A stretch of 63,639 nt of DNA, the filler included, from Octopus bimaculoides (Eukaryota), in assembly GCF_001194135.2 (NCBI RefSeq). It is 7 parts of 6 records of this genome, joined end to end, with 100 filler letters (N's around TTAATTAATTAA, not from the genome) between each part and the next. Parts side by side here need not be neighbours in the genome. Positions count along the whole stretch, not along the records: positions 23,185 to 31,346 come from NC_068982.1; positions 31,447 to 42,732 come from NC_068990.1; 5 more parts are not named here. One strand, 5' to 3'. The notes beneath the pieces were generated by a model. The model made no database searches. It was not told the DNA's origin and saw only the letters and a list, made by a program, of their open reading frames with translations. Below, piece by piece: positions 26,098 to 38,260 of this stretch. The position numbers and the translations under genes were made by a program. The first letter of the stretch is position 1. The number at the start of each line of letters is the position of its first letter.

Positions 26098-26287
26098 ATT
26101 CTATTTATAAATATTCTATATTATACATAGCCTTGGCCTTTTATCTCATTACGGAAAGTAAATCCTTATAGTCACGCGCTGATATATGACCTAAGTTGGA
26201 CCCCTTATTCGCATAACCACCGAACTTGGAGCTTAACTGTCGTCTATCCATAGCACTTACTCAGCATTACACCACTATCACTCATAA

Positions 26288-26318
<31 letters not shown>

Positions 26319-26740
26319 NNNNNNNNNNNNNNNNNNNNNNNNNNNNNNNNNNNNNNNNNNNNNNNNNNNNNNNNNNNNNNNNNNNNNNNNNNNNNNNNNN
26401 NNNNNNNNNNNNNNNNNNNNNNNNNNNNNNNNNNNNNNNNNNNNNNNNNNNNNNNNNNNNNNNNNNNNNNNNNNNNNNNNNNNNNNNNNNNNNNNNNNNN
26501 NNNNNNNNNNNNNNNNNNNNNNNNNNNNNNNNNNNNNNNNNNNNNNNNNNNNNNNNNNNNNNNNNNNNNNNNNNNNNNNNNNNNNNNNNNNNNNNNNNNN
26601 NNNNNNNNNNNNNNNNNNNNNNNNNNNNNNNNNNNNNNNNNNNNNNNNNNNNNNNNNNNNNNNNNNNNNNNNNNNNNNNNNNNNNNNNNNNNNNATATAT
26701 ATATATATATATATATAAACATACAGGTTTTATGCATAAA

Positions 26741-26897
26741 TAATTAAGGTACAATTTATTGCATACATTTCCGGCGATATTTTTAGATAGCTAAATTAGG
26801 AACATTTACATTCTTACATAACTTGAGTCTGATAGCATATGCAGTGTTACCCTTCCTTGTTTCATAATAGGAGGTCCTATGATAAAGTTACATCGTA
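26741..26897 (+). repeat. ~150 bp diverged direct repeat, copy 2
   Basis: Aligns with 24852-25004. Confidence 0.85.
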
Positions 26898-28657
26898 TGT
26901 TTGTACGGGAGTGTTCGTGAGCTGCAATATAATTCTTGCAACAACTGTTTGTCGAAATAATTCAGTTAATTCAATCTTAAAACACACATACACGAGACTC
27001 TCCTAACTCATTTACATGCTAATGTTGAATGCATTTTCGATTCCTATAAACTTACTTTAACTTAACACCACAATCACGCTTTCTACATTTTCGCTCTCTT
27101 TCTCTCTGTCTGTATGTCTGTCTGTCTCTCTCTATCTCTCTCTCTCTATCTCTGGGCGTATATATATATGTACATATACATATATATATTTATAAAACAT
27201 ATATGTACACACACACACACATACACACACACACACACACATACACACACACACACACACAAACACACACATATATATATATACCAAATATTTCGCTTTT
27301 TGTCTTATTTCTCTTTCCGTTTTCTTTGAATATTCTGGCAGGCATTTCTTGATCATCTATTGATTCAGAAATGTCAGCAGAGATGAGCGTAAGGTCAAGG
27401 TGTAAAGCGAAGAATTTATGAATGTTTCTGAACAGATTATAGAAAAACTGTTTCCAACCATTGAAATTATGATTCTCAAGCGACAACTCTTAGAGCAAGC
27501 CTTGAAACTTGCATTCACAAATATATCTGCTTATCACCCTTCCGATAGAGTTATTTTTAATTTATTCATATTCATACGAAGTAAACTTTATATGCATCCA
27601 TGTATGGACATACATGTTCCTATATATATATATATAATATAACATATATATGTGTGTGTATATGTACAATATATATATATATATGTGTGTGTGTTCATAT
27701 ANNNNNNNNNNNNNNNNNNNNNNNNNNNNNNNNNNNNNNNNNNNNNNNNNNNNNNNNNNNNNNNNNNNNNNNNNNNNNNNNNNNNNNNNNNNNNNNNNNN
27801 NNNNNNNNNNNNNNNNNNNNNNNNNNNNNNNNNNNNNNNNNNNNNNNNNNNNNNNNNNNNNNNNNNNNNNNNNNNNNNNNNNNNNNNNNNNNNNNNNNNN
27901 NNNNNNNNNNNNNNNNNNNNNNNNNNNNNNNNNNNNNNNNNNNNNNNNNNNNNNNNNNNNNNNNNNNNNNNNNNNNNNNNNNNNNNNNNNNNNNNNNNNN
28001 NNNNNNNNNNNNNNNNNNNNNNNNNNNNNNNNNNNNNNNNNNNNNNNNNNNNNNNNNNNNNNNNNNNNNNNNNNNNNNNNNNNNNNNNNNNNNNNNNNNN
28101 NNNNNNNNNNNNNNNNNNNNNNNNNNNNNNNNNNNNNNNNNNNNNNNNNNNNNNNNNNNNNNNNNNNNNNNNNNNNNNNNNNNNNNNNNNNNNNNNNNNN
28201 NNNNNNNNNNNNNNNNNNNNNNNNNNNNNNNNNNNNNNNNNNNNNNNNNNNNNNNNNNNNNNNNNNNNNNNNNNNNNNNNNNNNNNNNNNNNNNNNNNNN
28301 NNNNNNNNNNNNNNNNNNNNNNNNNNNNNNNNNNNNNNNNNNNNNNNNNNNNNNNNNNNNNNNNNNNNNNNTATATATACCTACATACATATACATATAT
28401 AGACATACATACATATATATATATACATATATACAACCATATATATATATTTATATATATATGCATATATGTACGTATATATATGCATCCACTTTACGTG
28501 TTTACATATTTGATTTGACCATTTTACCGACACAGTATTTATTTAAATTCTGCACACGAAGTGATGTAATTGTTGTAAAGAAAACAAAAACTATAAAAAA
28601 AGAACGAAGATAATGAAATGAATAATGAAATGTTTTGCTCAAATAAATTGTTATTAA

Positions 28658-29590
28658 TTAAGGGGATATTTTCCCTTTCAAAAGCAGATCGAGAAATTTA
28701 ATTTTTTGGAACTAAACACCTTCAAACTTCGGACACTAGTAGACTGCATCATATAAAACATCATTTACTCTTTGTGTTGTTGAGAAAAGTTACTATTTAA
28801 TTTCAAAGTTATTTTGTATTAAAGTTGTCGTATTTCGGTAATTTCAACCAATCAATGACGTATATTCAACAAAAACTATCACGGTGTATATTTCGTTTGT
28901 CACCGTTACTTATGAGATATTTCATCTCAGTTACGTTTTTATGAATAAACGAGTGTATCTGAAGCACGTTTACTTCATAGCACCACCACAATCGTTCGTA
29001 CATTTCTACCGCTTTTATTTATTAATTTTTTCCTGTTTTTCAGCTACTATTTTCGGAAATACTTTTTTGCTGCCTACCCCCACCTCTCCTCCTCCAATTT
29101 CTTAATGTTTCACTTTTTCCGTAACTCTATCCCTAAAACCTCAACACTCACCCTAACCCTAAACTGCAACCCCAATCCCAACCCTAAAACCCTAACGCTA
29201 ACCGTAACACTAAAACCTTAACCCTAACTCTAAAACCCGAAACCTAACTCTAAATCTAAAACCCTAAGCCTAACACAAAAACTCTAAGCTAAAACCAGTA
29301 CAAACGCACGAACGATGTCATAATTAACAGTGACAATATACTCCGCCGATAGTTGTTGTTGATAAACAACAGCAGTAATTATATTCAGCGGAATACACGT
29401 CATTGATTGGTTGAGATTGTCGAAATACGACAACTTTAACACGAAATAACTTTGAAAATAGAAATTTTCTCAACAACACTAAGAGTAAAAGATGTTTTAT
29501 ATGACACATTCTATCAGTGTCCGAACTTTGAAAGTGTTTAGTTACAAAAAAATAATTTCCCGATCTGCCGTTGAAAGGGAAACGATCCAA
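28658..29590. mobile_element. Non-autonomous DNA transposon with ~225 bp TIRs (possibly Kolobok-like)
   Basis: 28662-28885 is the reverse complement of 29345-29588 with moderate divergence; left end TTAA-GGGGAT; no ORF. Confidence 0.8.
29131..29297 (+). repeat. Degenerate (CCCTAA)n telomere-like tract
   Basis: Recurring CCCTAA, ACCTAA, CTCTAA and AACCCT variants. Confidence 0.8.
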
Positions 29591-29998
29591 TTGAGGTTTT
29601 ATACAGTGCAAAATATTGACAAGAAAAACACCGAACGGCATTAAGTGTATAGTGAAATCGAAGAGCTAACTTAGCTAATATTTGACAAATACTTCGTATA
29701 GATATTGAACATGCAAGACAAAATGTTTAATACTAGAAAAGTTACAAAGAGTAGAAAAATAATCGGTGGAAAATATTTAGCAAAAAATAACTACGTGAAG
29801 AGAAAATACTTTAAGTTTAAAGAATATCACATACTGAAATTTCGGAATTTTACGTCAGTGAAATAATTTCAAAACCTGATATTTTTCGGCAGCGGGTGTT
29901 ACAAGAATTGCAGAAAACAAAATAATTCCTCTAACGTACTTTTCTTTTTTCAAAGGTAATAATGGTTATTATGAAACACACACACACACACACACACG

Positions 29999-30096
<98 letters not shown>

Positions 30097-30431
30097 ATGA
30101 AGAAGGAAAAAATGACTGTACTGGTAGTTCTGATCAATAATGTGTTTGTGTGTGTGTATTACACTTAATGTTATCTCTACAGATTGTCTATAGAAAGTTC
30201 GGCAAGCACTGAACATTTAATATTCGAATACATTTATGTAAACAATTCTATCAAAGATAGAAAAACTGGTCATATATATTTCAAGAGTTATTGGTCCTTC
30301 TTCAGCACTATCTCACGCCATTAACTATCAATGAACATATTGCTTAAATAGCCAACAAATGCAGAGCTGTAACACAAAGGAATATATCAAGTTTACATTT
30401 TAAACATTCCTGGAAACTGGTATGTAAACAT

Positions 30432-30753
30432 TCCTTTCTACTCTAGGAACAAGGCCCGAAATTTTGGGGAAGGAGGCCAGTTGATTAGACCCCGCAATTG
30501 GTACTTAATTTATCGACTCCGAAAGGATGAAAAGAAAAGTCTAATGGGCTAAATATAGAGGGGAAAAAAAGACAGACAAAGGGATTAAGTCGATTACATC
30601 GACCCCAGTGCGTAACTGGTAGTTAATTTATCGACCCTGAAAGGATGAAAGGCAAAGTCGACCTCGGCGGAATTTGAACTCAAAACGTAATTGCACACGA
30701 AATACCGCTAAGCATTTCGACCGGCGTGCTAACGTTTCTGCCAGCTCGCCACC
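30432..30753 (-). mobile_element. Two family A SINEs (tail 1 fragment and a tail 2 copy with head)
   Basis: 30432-30540 and 30545-30753 match other family A copies. Confidence 0.9.
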
Positions 30754-31081
30754 TTCTGGTACGCAAGCATTAATTCCTGGCACGGACACCATATATCGTT
30801 ATGCAGCTAATATATACTTCGAAGTAGATTAAAGACTTAGAAGTCAATGCTATGTGCCACCTGTGTTAGTAGGTAGCGCGATTTAATTACTTTTCAAAGT
30901 TATCCCAACAGATTACTTTTAATTAATGAAATAAATGCCAGCAGTGAAAGCTACGACAAAGAACAGAAAAATAGGTGATGGGTGAATGTGCATATCTCAG
31001 GATATAGTACCCATTCTTCTGCACCACATCCAGCCCATCAAACATTCACGAACACATTGTTTAAATAACCACTAAATTTGC

Positions 31082-31122
<41 letters not shown>

Positions 31123-31639
31123 TACATATAAACCAAGCTACGAGAATTCAAAGGACGTACACAATGAATGTATTAGCATGACGTTCAGTTTAGGATGGAA
31201 AGAAAGATGTTGTGTGTAATAGTTCGAGCATGTTTTTTTGTGAGGAAGAAGGAAGAGGAAGTGTCCTGAAAGAAGGTAAAATAGTCAAAGAAAAATCACG
31301 TGTGCAGTTAATTTATACATCTATAAGTGGTTCTATGTCTGGATATNNNNNNNNNNNNNNNNNNNNNNNNNNNNNNNNNNNNNNNNNNNNTTAATTAATT
31401 AANNNNNNNNNNNNNNNNNNNNNNNNNNNNNNNNNNNNNNNNNNNNATATATATATATATATATATAGATATATATATATATATACACCTTTTTACTGGA
31501 GGTTCCCTCATCAGCTTTTGACTAGATATCCTAACGATTTCGGTACCTTCCTGCAGTATCGATTATTCCCGTAGTACTAATTACCTTTCATATTCTCGAC
31601 GAAGGCCCTATTTATTTTGGGTTCTTCACTCTAGCACAC

Positions 31640-32000
31640 TTCCCCTTGTCATCCTTACACCCATAATTCCAAACTGTGAGCATCAATATTCTCTCCAACC
31701 ATGTAGCAATTTTCTTCTTTTTTTCTCTCCAGCTCCTGAATCAACACTTTACTGTCTTTCCTGACTCTCATTTCAGCCGAATAGGACACAGTAAATGTAG
31801 ATACAGGCCTACACCATACGGCTTCTACTGAAGTACCGAATATTGCTTGGCAATCGTATAAACTACTCCTTGGTTTTCTATAATTCTACAAGTGTCCCAC
31901 ATTTGAAGCTCTTTCTTGCACCAACCAGCTCCATTTTATTTTCCCAGGGCACCATTAATTTCACAATCAAAATCATTTTGTGGAATCAGACTCTAACATG
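31640..32000 (-). pseudogene. Decayed C-terminal restriction-like endonuclease (RLE) region of an R2/NeSL/Hero-type non-LTR element
   Basis: From 31976 on minus: MILIVKLMVPWENKMELVGARKSFKCGTLVEL*KTKE, resembling xIELTVPWE...RKxxKYxxLV; later frameshifted VEAVWCR and IATWLER. Confidence 0.65.
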
Positions 32001-32169
32001 AATTTAAGGCACCGCATTGTTATTACAATGAGGCTTTAAAGCAATTTCTTCACGTCCATCTGCACTTTGCTGTCGTTAACCTTGTGCAGAAGCCTCGTTG
32101 TGGTATTTTTTCGTTAAATCTCCTGTTTTGGCTTTTCTCACCCTCTTGATATATACGTGTGCATATATA

Positions 32170-32519
32170 AATATGTGTGTGTGTGTGTGTGTGTGTGTCT
32201 GTGTGTGTGTCTGTGTGTGTGTCTGTGTCTGTGCGTCTGTGTTTGTCCCGCTAANNNNNNNNNNGTGTGTGTGTGTGTGTGTGTGTCTGTGTGTGTGTCT
32301 GTGTGTGTGTCTGTGTCTGTGCGTCTGTGTTTGTCCCGCTAACATCGCTTGACAACCGATGCTGGTGTGCTTACGTCCCCGTAACATAGTGGTTCGGCAA
32401 AAAAGACCGATAGAATAAGTACTAGGCTTACAAAGATTAAGTCCCGGGGTCGATTTGCTCGACTAAAGGTGGTGCTCCAGCATGGCCTCAGTCAAATGGC
32501 TGAAACAAGTTAAAGAGTA
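32170..32519 (+). mobile_element. SINE family B, 3' half (start duplicated across a 10-N gap)
   Basis: Homologous to 14523-14730. Confidence 0.9.
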
Positions 32520-32870
32520 AGTGCCAAAATCTCAGATTTATCAACGCCAAACATACGAAAATGTTACATAAATTCCAGGATGTTTTGGCAACATATAAAT
32601 CTCACTAGAAGGATCTCATCTTCCGGAATGTCTTACAGATCCGAAGAATTCCAACACACACAAGGGAGCATGATTTATAAAATAATCTCTGACAGGATTG
32701 GATATAATCTGGACTCAAGAACGAACACATTTGCGACAGATAAGTTGATAGAAACAGGGAAAATGTAAACAAACAGAATGACAAACTGAGACGATCATTT
32801 TTAGTTTTTTTTTTGATACAGTCGACAGAATCTGCGACACCATGTGATGCAAACTGAATGTGAGAAATCG

Positions 32871-33270
32871 AAGGTGATCAATATTTCATACGAAGAACTT
32901 TCAATAGATCAAATCCATGTCCTCTCAAAAAAACCCCAAATTCAATCAAACACTGCAGTATAGTAACTTCAATGAAACAAAAGACGATGTATCTTCTTTG
33001 TTGAAAATTTCGTCTGACATTTGGATTATTTGATAAGGAAAACAACGATGAATCAAATGGACGAAACAGCAACAATTTGAATCTAGCAGAATGTAGGAGC
33101 AAAGCATTTGACAAACTTCATGATTTGATAACTAACTGACGAGACCATAAATGACCACATCCTAAATCTAAAAGGTAATCCCAGTCAAAGGAATGGGAGA
33201 TTATCCATGAAAACAATAATGACATCGTAATTAAAGCAGGTAAATGAAATGTTGTAGTTACTATTGCAAA
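32871..33270 (+). pseudogene. Decayed N-terminal region of a Penelope-like ORF
   Basis: KVINISYEELSIDQIHVLSK; frameshifted KFRLTFGLFDKENNDES; NNDIVIKAGK*NVVV, resembling PLE VINLS...LSKGLKF and DIVIKxADKGxxVV. Confidence 0.65.
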
Positions 33271-33444
33271 AGACGCCTCATTCGTAGTTTATCGAACTTT
33301 GATGTTGGAAAAGTCTAGAACCTTCTGTGCCAATAAACTATTATTATTCCTGAAAGTTGCATTTTGTACCTACCACGGATTGGTCGAAACTAATTTCTTA
33401 CTTTTAGATCTTTGAATCTTACAATTCCACATCAATATGATATA

Positions 33445-33658
33445 ATCCTTTCTAGTGGAAGCACGAGGCCTCAAATTTGGGGGAAGAGATTAAGTCGATT
33501 ACATCGACCCCAGTGTTTCACTGGTACTTAATTTATCGACCCCGAAAGGATGAAAGGCCAAGTCGACCCCGGTGGAATTTGAACTCAGAACATATCGACA
33601 GACGAAATACCGTTAAGCATTTCGCCCAGCGTGCTAACGATTCTGCCAGCTCGCCACC
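33445..33658 (-). mobile_element. Full-length family A SINE, tail type 1
   Basis: Reverse complement GGTGGCGAGCTGGCAGAATCGTTAG (A box), GAGTTCAAATTCC (B box), core and tail. Confidence 0.92.
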
Positions 33659-34029
33659 TTAATATAGATAGATATAATAGCAGCGACATACAACCCAAAA
33701 TGTTGATGTATAATGCTTGGGTGTATAGAATTTCAATAGCTGGATGTATATACGATATTTTTATTACATGGTTCCTGATACCGCAGTCTAAAGAAACCAG
33801 TAATCTTACGCTACTATAAATCATAGACCTATACTATAGATCTATAGTATGGCATAGTATACCATAGTATACTATAATATTCTATACTATTCCATACTAG
33901 AAAGCCACGCAATATGGCTGACACTAGAGATGTGTTAAAGTCACAAATAATTTTCTTGCTATTTAGCAAAGTATTCAACACTTCATTGTGTTTTGTCAGA
34001 AGATTCATTTCTGCTTCTCTTTTACATAG

Positions 34030-34087
<58 letters not shown>

Positions 34088-34707
34088 NNNNNNNNNNNNN
34101 NNNNNNNNNNNNNNNNNNNNNNNNNNNNNNNNNNNNNNNNNNNNNNNNNNNNNNNNNNNNNNNNNNNNNNNNNNNNNNNNNNNNNNNNNNNNNNNNNNNN
34201 NNNNNNNNNNNNNNNNNNNNNNNNNNNNNNNNNNNNNNNNNNNNNNNNNNNNNNNNNNNNNNNNNNNNNNNNNNNNNNNNNNNNNNNNNNNNNNNNNNNN
34301 NNNNNNNNNNNNNNNNNNNNNNNNNNNNNNNNNNNNNNNNNNNNNNNNNNNNNNNNNNNNNNNNNNNNNNNNNNNNNNNNNNNNNNNNNNNNNNNNNNNN
34401 NNNNNNNNNNNNNNNNNNNNNNNNNNNNNNNNNNNNNNNNNNNNNNNNNNNNNNNNNNNNNNNNNNNNNNNNNNNNNNNNNNNNNNNNNNNNNNNNNNNN
34501 NNNNNNNNNNNNNNNNNNNNNNNNNNNNNNNNNNNNNNNNNNNNNNNNNNNNNNNNNNNNNNNNNNNNNNNNNNNNNNNNNNNNNNNNNNNNNNNNNNNN
34601 NNNNNNNNNNNNNNNNNNNNNNNNNNNNNNNNNNNNNNNNNNNNNNNNNNNNNNNNNNNNNNNNNNNNNNNNNNNNNNNNNNNNNNNNNNNNNNNNNNNN
34701 NNNNNNN

Positions 34708-34749
<42 letters not shown>

Positions 34750-34936
34750 ACTCAAATCACATACACGAAGGCAATACGCATGCAGAACGTCTCTCAACGA
34801 CATGCGTGTATGTGTGCACGCGCGCGTGTATATATATATGGGAACTAGAAAAGAAGACACAGGAAAATACACACACCCGTATTTATACGCACATAGGAAA
34901 TGCATACATCCATACGTACGGAAGTTGTGTTTACAT

Positions 34937-34991
<55 letters not shown>

Positions 34992-35753
34992 CATACTATG
35001 ACATGTAACCATAAGTAATGTATATGCTATTGAAATTGAAGTAAAATGCGAAAACACAAAAAATGCTGAACACGAAATTATATGTGTGTGTGCATGTGTG
35101 TGTGTGTGTATGCTTTGGTGTATNNNNNNNNNNNNNNNNNNNNNNNNNNNNNNNNNNNNNNNNNNNNNNNNNNNNNNNNNNNNNNNNNNNNNNNNNNNNN
35201 NNNNNNNNNNNNNNNNNNNNNNNNNNNNNNNNNNNNNNNNNNNNNNNNNNNNNNNNNNNNNNNNNNNNNNNNNNNNNNNNNNNNNNNNNNNNNNNNNNNN
35301 NNNNNNNNNNNNNNNNNNNNNNNNNNNNNNNNNNNNNNNNNNNNNNNNNNNNNNNNNNNNNNNNNNNNNNNNNNNNNNNNNNNNNNNNNNNNNNNNNNNN
35401 NNNNNNNNNNNNNNNNNNNNNNNNNNNNNNNNNNNNNNNNNNNNNNNNNNNNNNNNNNNNNNNNNNNNNNNNNNNNNNNNNNNNNNNNNNNNNNNNNNNN
35501 NNNNNNNNNNNNNNNNNNNNNNNNNNNNNNNNNNNNNNNNNNNNNNNNNNNNNNNNNNNNNNNNNNNNNNNNNNNNNNNNNNNNNNNNNNNNNNNNNNNN
35601 NNNNNNNNNNNNNNNNNNNNNNNNNNNNNNNNNNNNNNNNNNNNNNNNNNNNNNNNNNNNNNNNNNNNNNNNNNNNNNNNNNNNNNNNNNNNNNNNNNNN
35701 NNNNNNNNNNNNNNNNNNNNNNNNNNNNNNNNNNNNNNNNNNNNNNNNNNNNN

Positions 35754-35815
<62 letters not shown>

Positions 35816-36569
35816 ATGTATGTATGTATGTATTTATATGTACATATATATCTATATAACAACGATCATCTAAAGAGATAGATGCGTGCACATATATAAA
35901 TAAAACCGTGTACCTATTTACACACGCGATCAAATAACTATAGACTCAGATGACGAAATTTATAGTCTTATGGATTCCTTGTCATCTTCCGTGATGACTG
36001 TTCCTGTTGTCCGACTAACCGAACTGTCTCGTCATTATATTATTTCATATGTGGTTGTGTATTCCAAAGACACTTGAGCAAGTTACATAATCCTTGAACA
36101 GTTTTTATCGCGCCACGGTGTGCAACAAGGCCGATCCTTTGAATCACAATTTCAGCACATCTCTCGACTCCAGTTTTAGTTGCATGTCTCCTCTTCCACC
36201 ATGACTGCACAAAAAGATTCAGAACAGAATTTTATGTCTATTATTTCTTGGGAGATATTCAGTGACATAATTGCTTACCTGCTTGCTTCAAGTGTAAGAA
36301 AGACAAATACATTTAAAAGGCTTGTAGATCCTCGAAAGAACCGGTGTGTACACCTTTCTCTCTGAGACACTTTCTTGTATACCTTGGGTAAAAAAAAAAA
36401 CACACTACATCACTGACTTGGTTGTCGCAGAACTTCTCTCAAATGGTTCCTTAACAAAGGTTGTTCCGAAAATGCTTTCCCTGAGTTTGTTAAGATTTCC
36501 AACCATAGACTACAAGGGCATGCTATAAACTGGCTTCAGGTAAATTCTTTAAGCTAATTAAAAATTGCA

Positions 36570-36672
36570 GGTTGTGTGGTAAGAAGTTTGCTTCCCAACC
36601 ACATGGTTCCGGGTTCAATCCGACGGCGTGACACCTTGGGGGACTGTCTTCTACTGTAGCCTCGGGTCACCG
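36570..36672 (+). mobile_element. SINE family B head and core fragment
   Basis: GTGGTAAGAAGTTTGCTTCCCAACCACATGGTTCCGGGTTCAATCC...CACCTTGGGGGACTGTCTTCTAC. Confidence 0.8.
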
Positions 36673-36879
36673 CTCGTACGACTAACTAAGTTACTTCGAG
36701 CTCCCTAACAACTGTTCAGATGTTATTATAGATGTGTCTTTCTTGAATAAACAAATATAAATTCAGTGACCTCCAACTGGACAATGAGCTTTACCGTCCG
36801 TCTTCGCCAAAAATCTGGGACCCAGAAACTGGTATTAGATTTATAAGTTTATTTCAATCATTTGATCTCGAAATTTTTT

Positions 36880-37890
36880 CAATCGAAATTAAATGAGGAT
36901 ATTATCGAACCAAGTAACTCCCCCTGGCGAGTATACATTCGTTTAGTTGACGATAATAACAGCCCATTAATATATTCACCAACTTAGACGACAAAATTTA
37001 TAAAGTATATCTATACATGTTGTTTGGTGCAGTCGACTCACTGTGTACTTCCGTGTTCGGCTGCATTCTTTTAATAAGGTATTTACCGCCTTACGCTGGC
37101 GATCAGTGGCTTCCGTTTAAATACCTTGATTTCGGTCTTATAAATGGCGTTGTGTATATTCAACGAATTATTGACAACTTAAATCATAAAAGCGAAAAAC
37201 TGGAAGGCATGGACATATTCAAATGACGTCATCATATTTTCTAAGACCAAAATGAAGCATAAAAATCTACATAAGCTTTTAAACATTTTTCTTAAACCGA
37301 ACATGACGCTGCATAGCAATAAATGTAAGTTTTCTACTGAATTTTTCCGCTTTCTAGGTCCTTAATCTTTTGATTCCATTGAAAGAAACACCTGTGTTTA
37401 CTGATAAACGATTCTAATCTCATATCCCAAGTCTGTTAATTTATTATTCCCAGTGGATTCTGAAAGACTAAGAATTCTAATTGACGTTCAGTTTCTGCTC
37501 TCAAAGCTGTAACAGTAATAATCATCGACATCAAAACAGCTATAACGGAGACTATCAAGGCTAATGTAGACAAAAATATGTCATTTCCCGCCTAAATGGA
37601 CGTCTTCAGACTGCCACAGAGGCTCTCCTTAATCAAAATGGCAAGCCTGTAGCCTTCTTCTTCTCCGTCACAAAATTTTGCCATAGAAAGATCATTAATT
37701 GCTAGAAAATGAGACTTCTATGATAGTTGCGGTTGTCAGAAAGTGGCACCATTTTCTCTCAGGGAAACGACTTACATCAGTGGCCGATCAGAAACATGTA
37801 ACTTATACGTTTGATATAAAATACAAAAGTAGATTTTTTAAAAAAAGATTAGAAAATTACCACGTTAGCGATTAGAACTCATGTCGTTCT
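36880..37890 (+). pseudogene. Decayed Ty3/Gypsy pol fragment (RT and RNase H)
   Basis: Frameshifted motifs IIEPSNSPWR, INIFTNLD, FKYLDFGLINGVVYIQRIID, YSNDVIIFSKT...KCKFS...FLG, YYSQWI, LNQNGKPVAFF, RKWHHFLSGK...DQK. Confidence 0.85.
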
Positions 37891-37939
37891 GTTAAGGAAT
37901 CTTTCATCAACCTGGCTCACTTATTATTCTCTTTTTTTC

Positions 37940-38101
37940 TTTTCTACTCTAGGCACAAGGCCCGAAATTTTTGGAAGAGGGGGCCAGTCGATTAGATCGA
38001 CCCAGTACGCAAATGGTACTTAATTTATCGACCTCGAAAGAATGAAAGGCAAAGTCGACTTCGGCGGAATTTGAACTCAGAATGTAAAGACTGATGAAAT
38101 A
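37940..38101 (-). mobile_element. Family A SINE whose head is replaced by the hammerhead repeat
   Basis: Tail 1 plus core; homology ends at GAAATAC where the hammerhead repeat begins. Confidence 0.88.
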
Positions 38102-38260
38102 CAACATCGAAAAATACCTTAGGAATGAGAACCCAGGTTCGAAATTTCCCCAAGACACCTGATGAAGGCTGGAGGATATATCAGCCGAAACGTTGTGTTA
38201 ACAACAAACAAGATGAGGACAAATATCCGTCAAATGTAAATAATGTAAATAATGTACATA
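38102..38260 (+). mobile_element. Hammerhead-bearing short repeat (family 1)
   Basis: AACATCGAAAAATACCTTAGGAATGAGAACCCAGGTTCGAAATTTCCCCAAGACACCTGATGAAGG...AATGTAAATAATGTAC; homologous to 49577-49720, 49753-49892 and 4227-4316. Confidence 0.92.
38154..38199 (+). ncRNA. Minimal type I hammerhead ribozyme motif
   Basis: Helix I GACAC/GUGUU; core CUGAUGA plus extra A; helix II GGCUG/CAGCC; GAAA; palindromic helix III ACGU; predicted cleavage after U38194. Confidence 0.8.

Noticed and set aside
29131-29297. True telomere or chromosome-fusion site
   Set aside because: Short, highly degenerate, single orientation and enclosed within a TIR element.
33825-33900. TATAG/CTATA palindromic patch
   Set aside because: Low-complexity repeat that is self-complementary by composition.
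38088-38101. CTGATGAAATAC as another hammerhead core
   Set aside because: It is a mutated SINE A segment (GACAGACGAAATAC) with no helix II.
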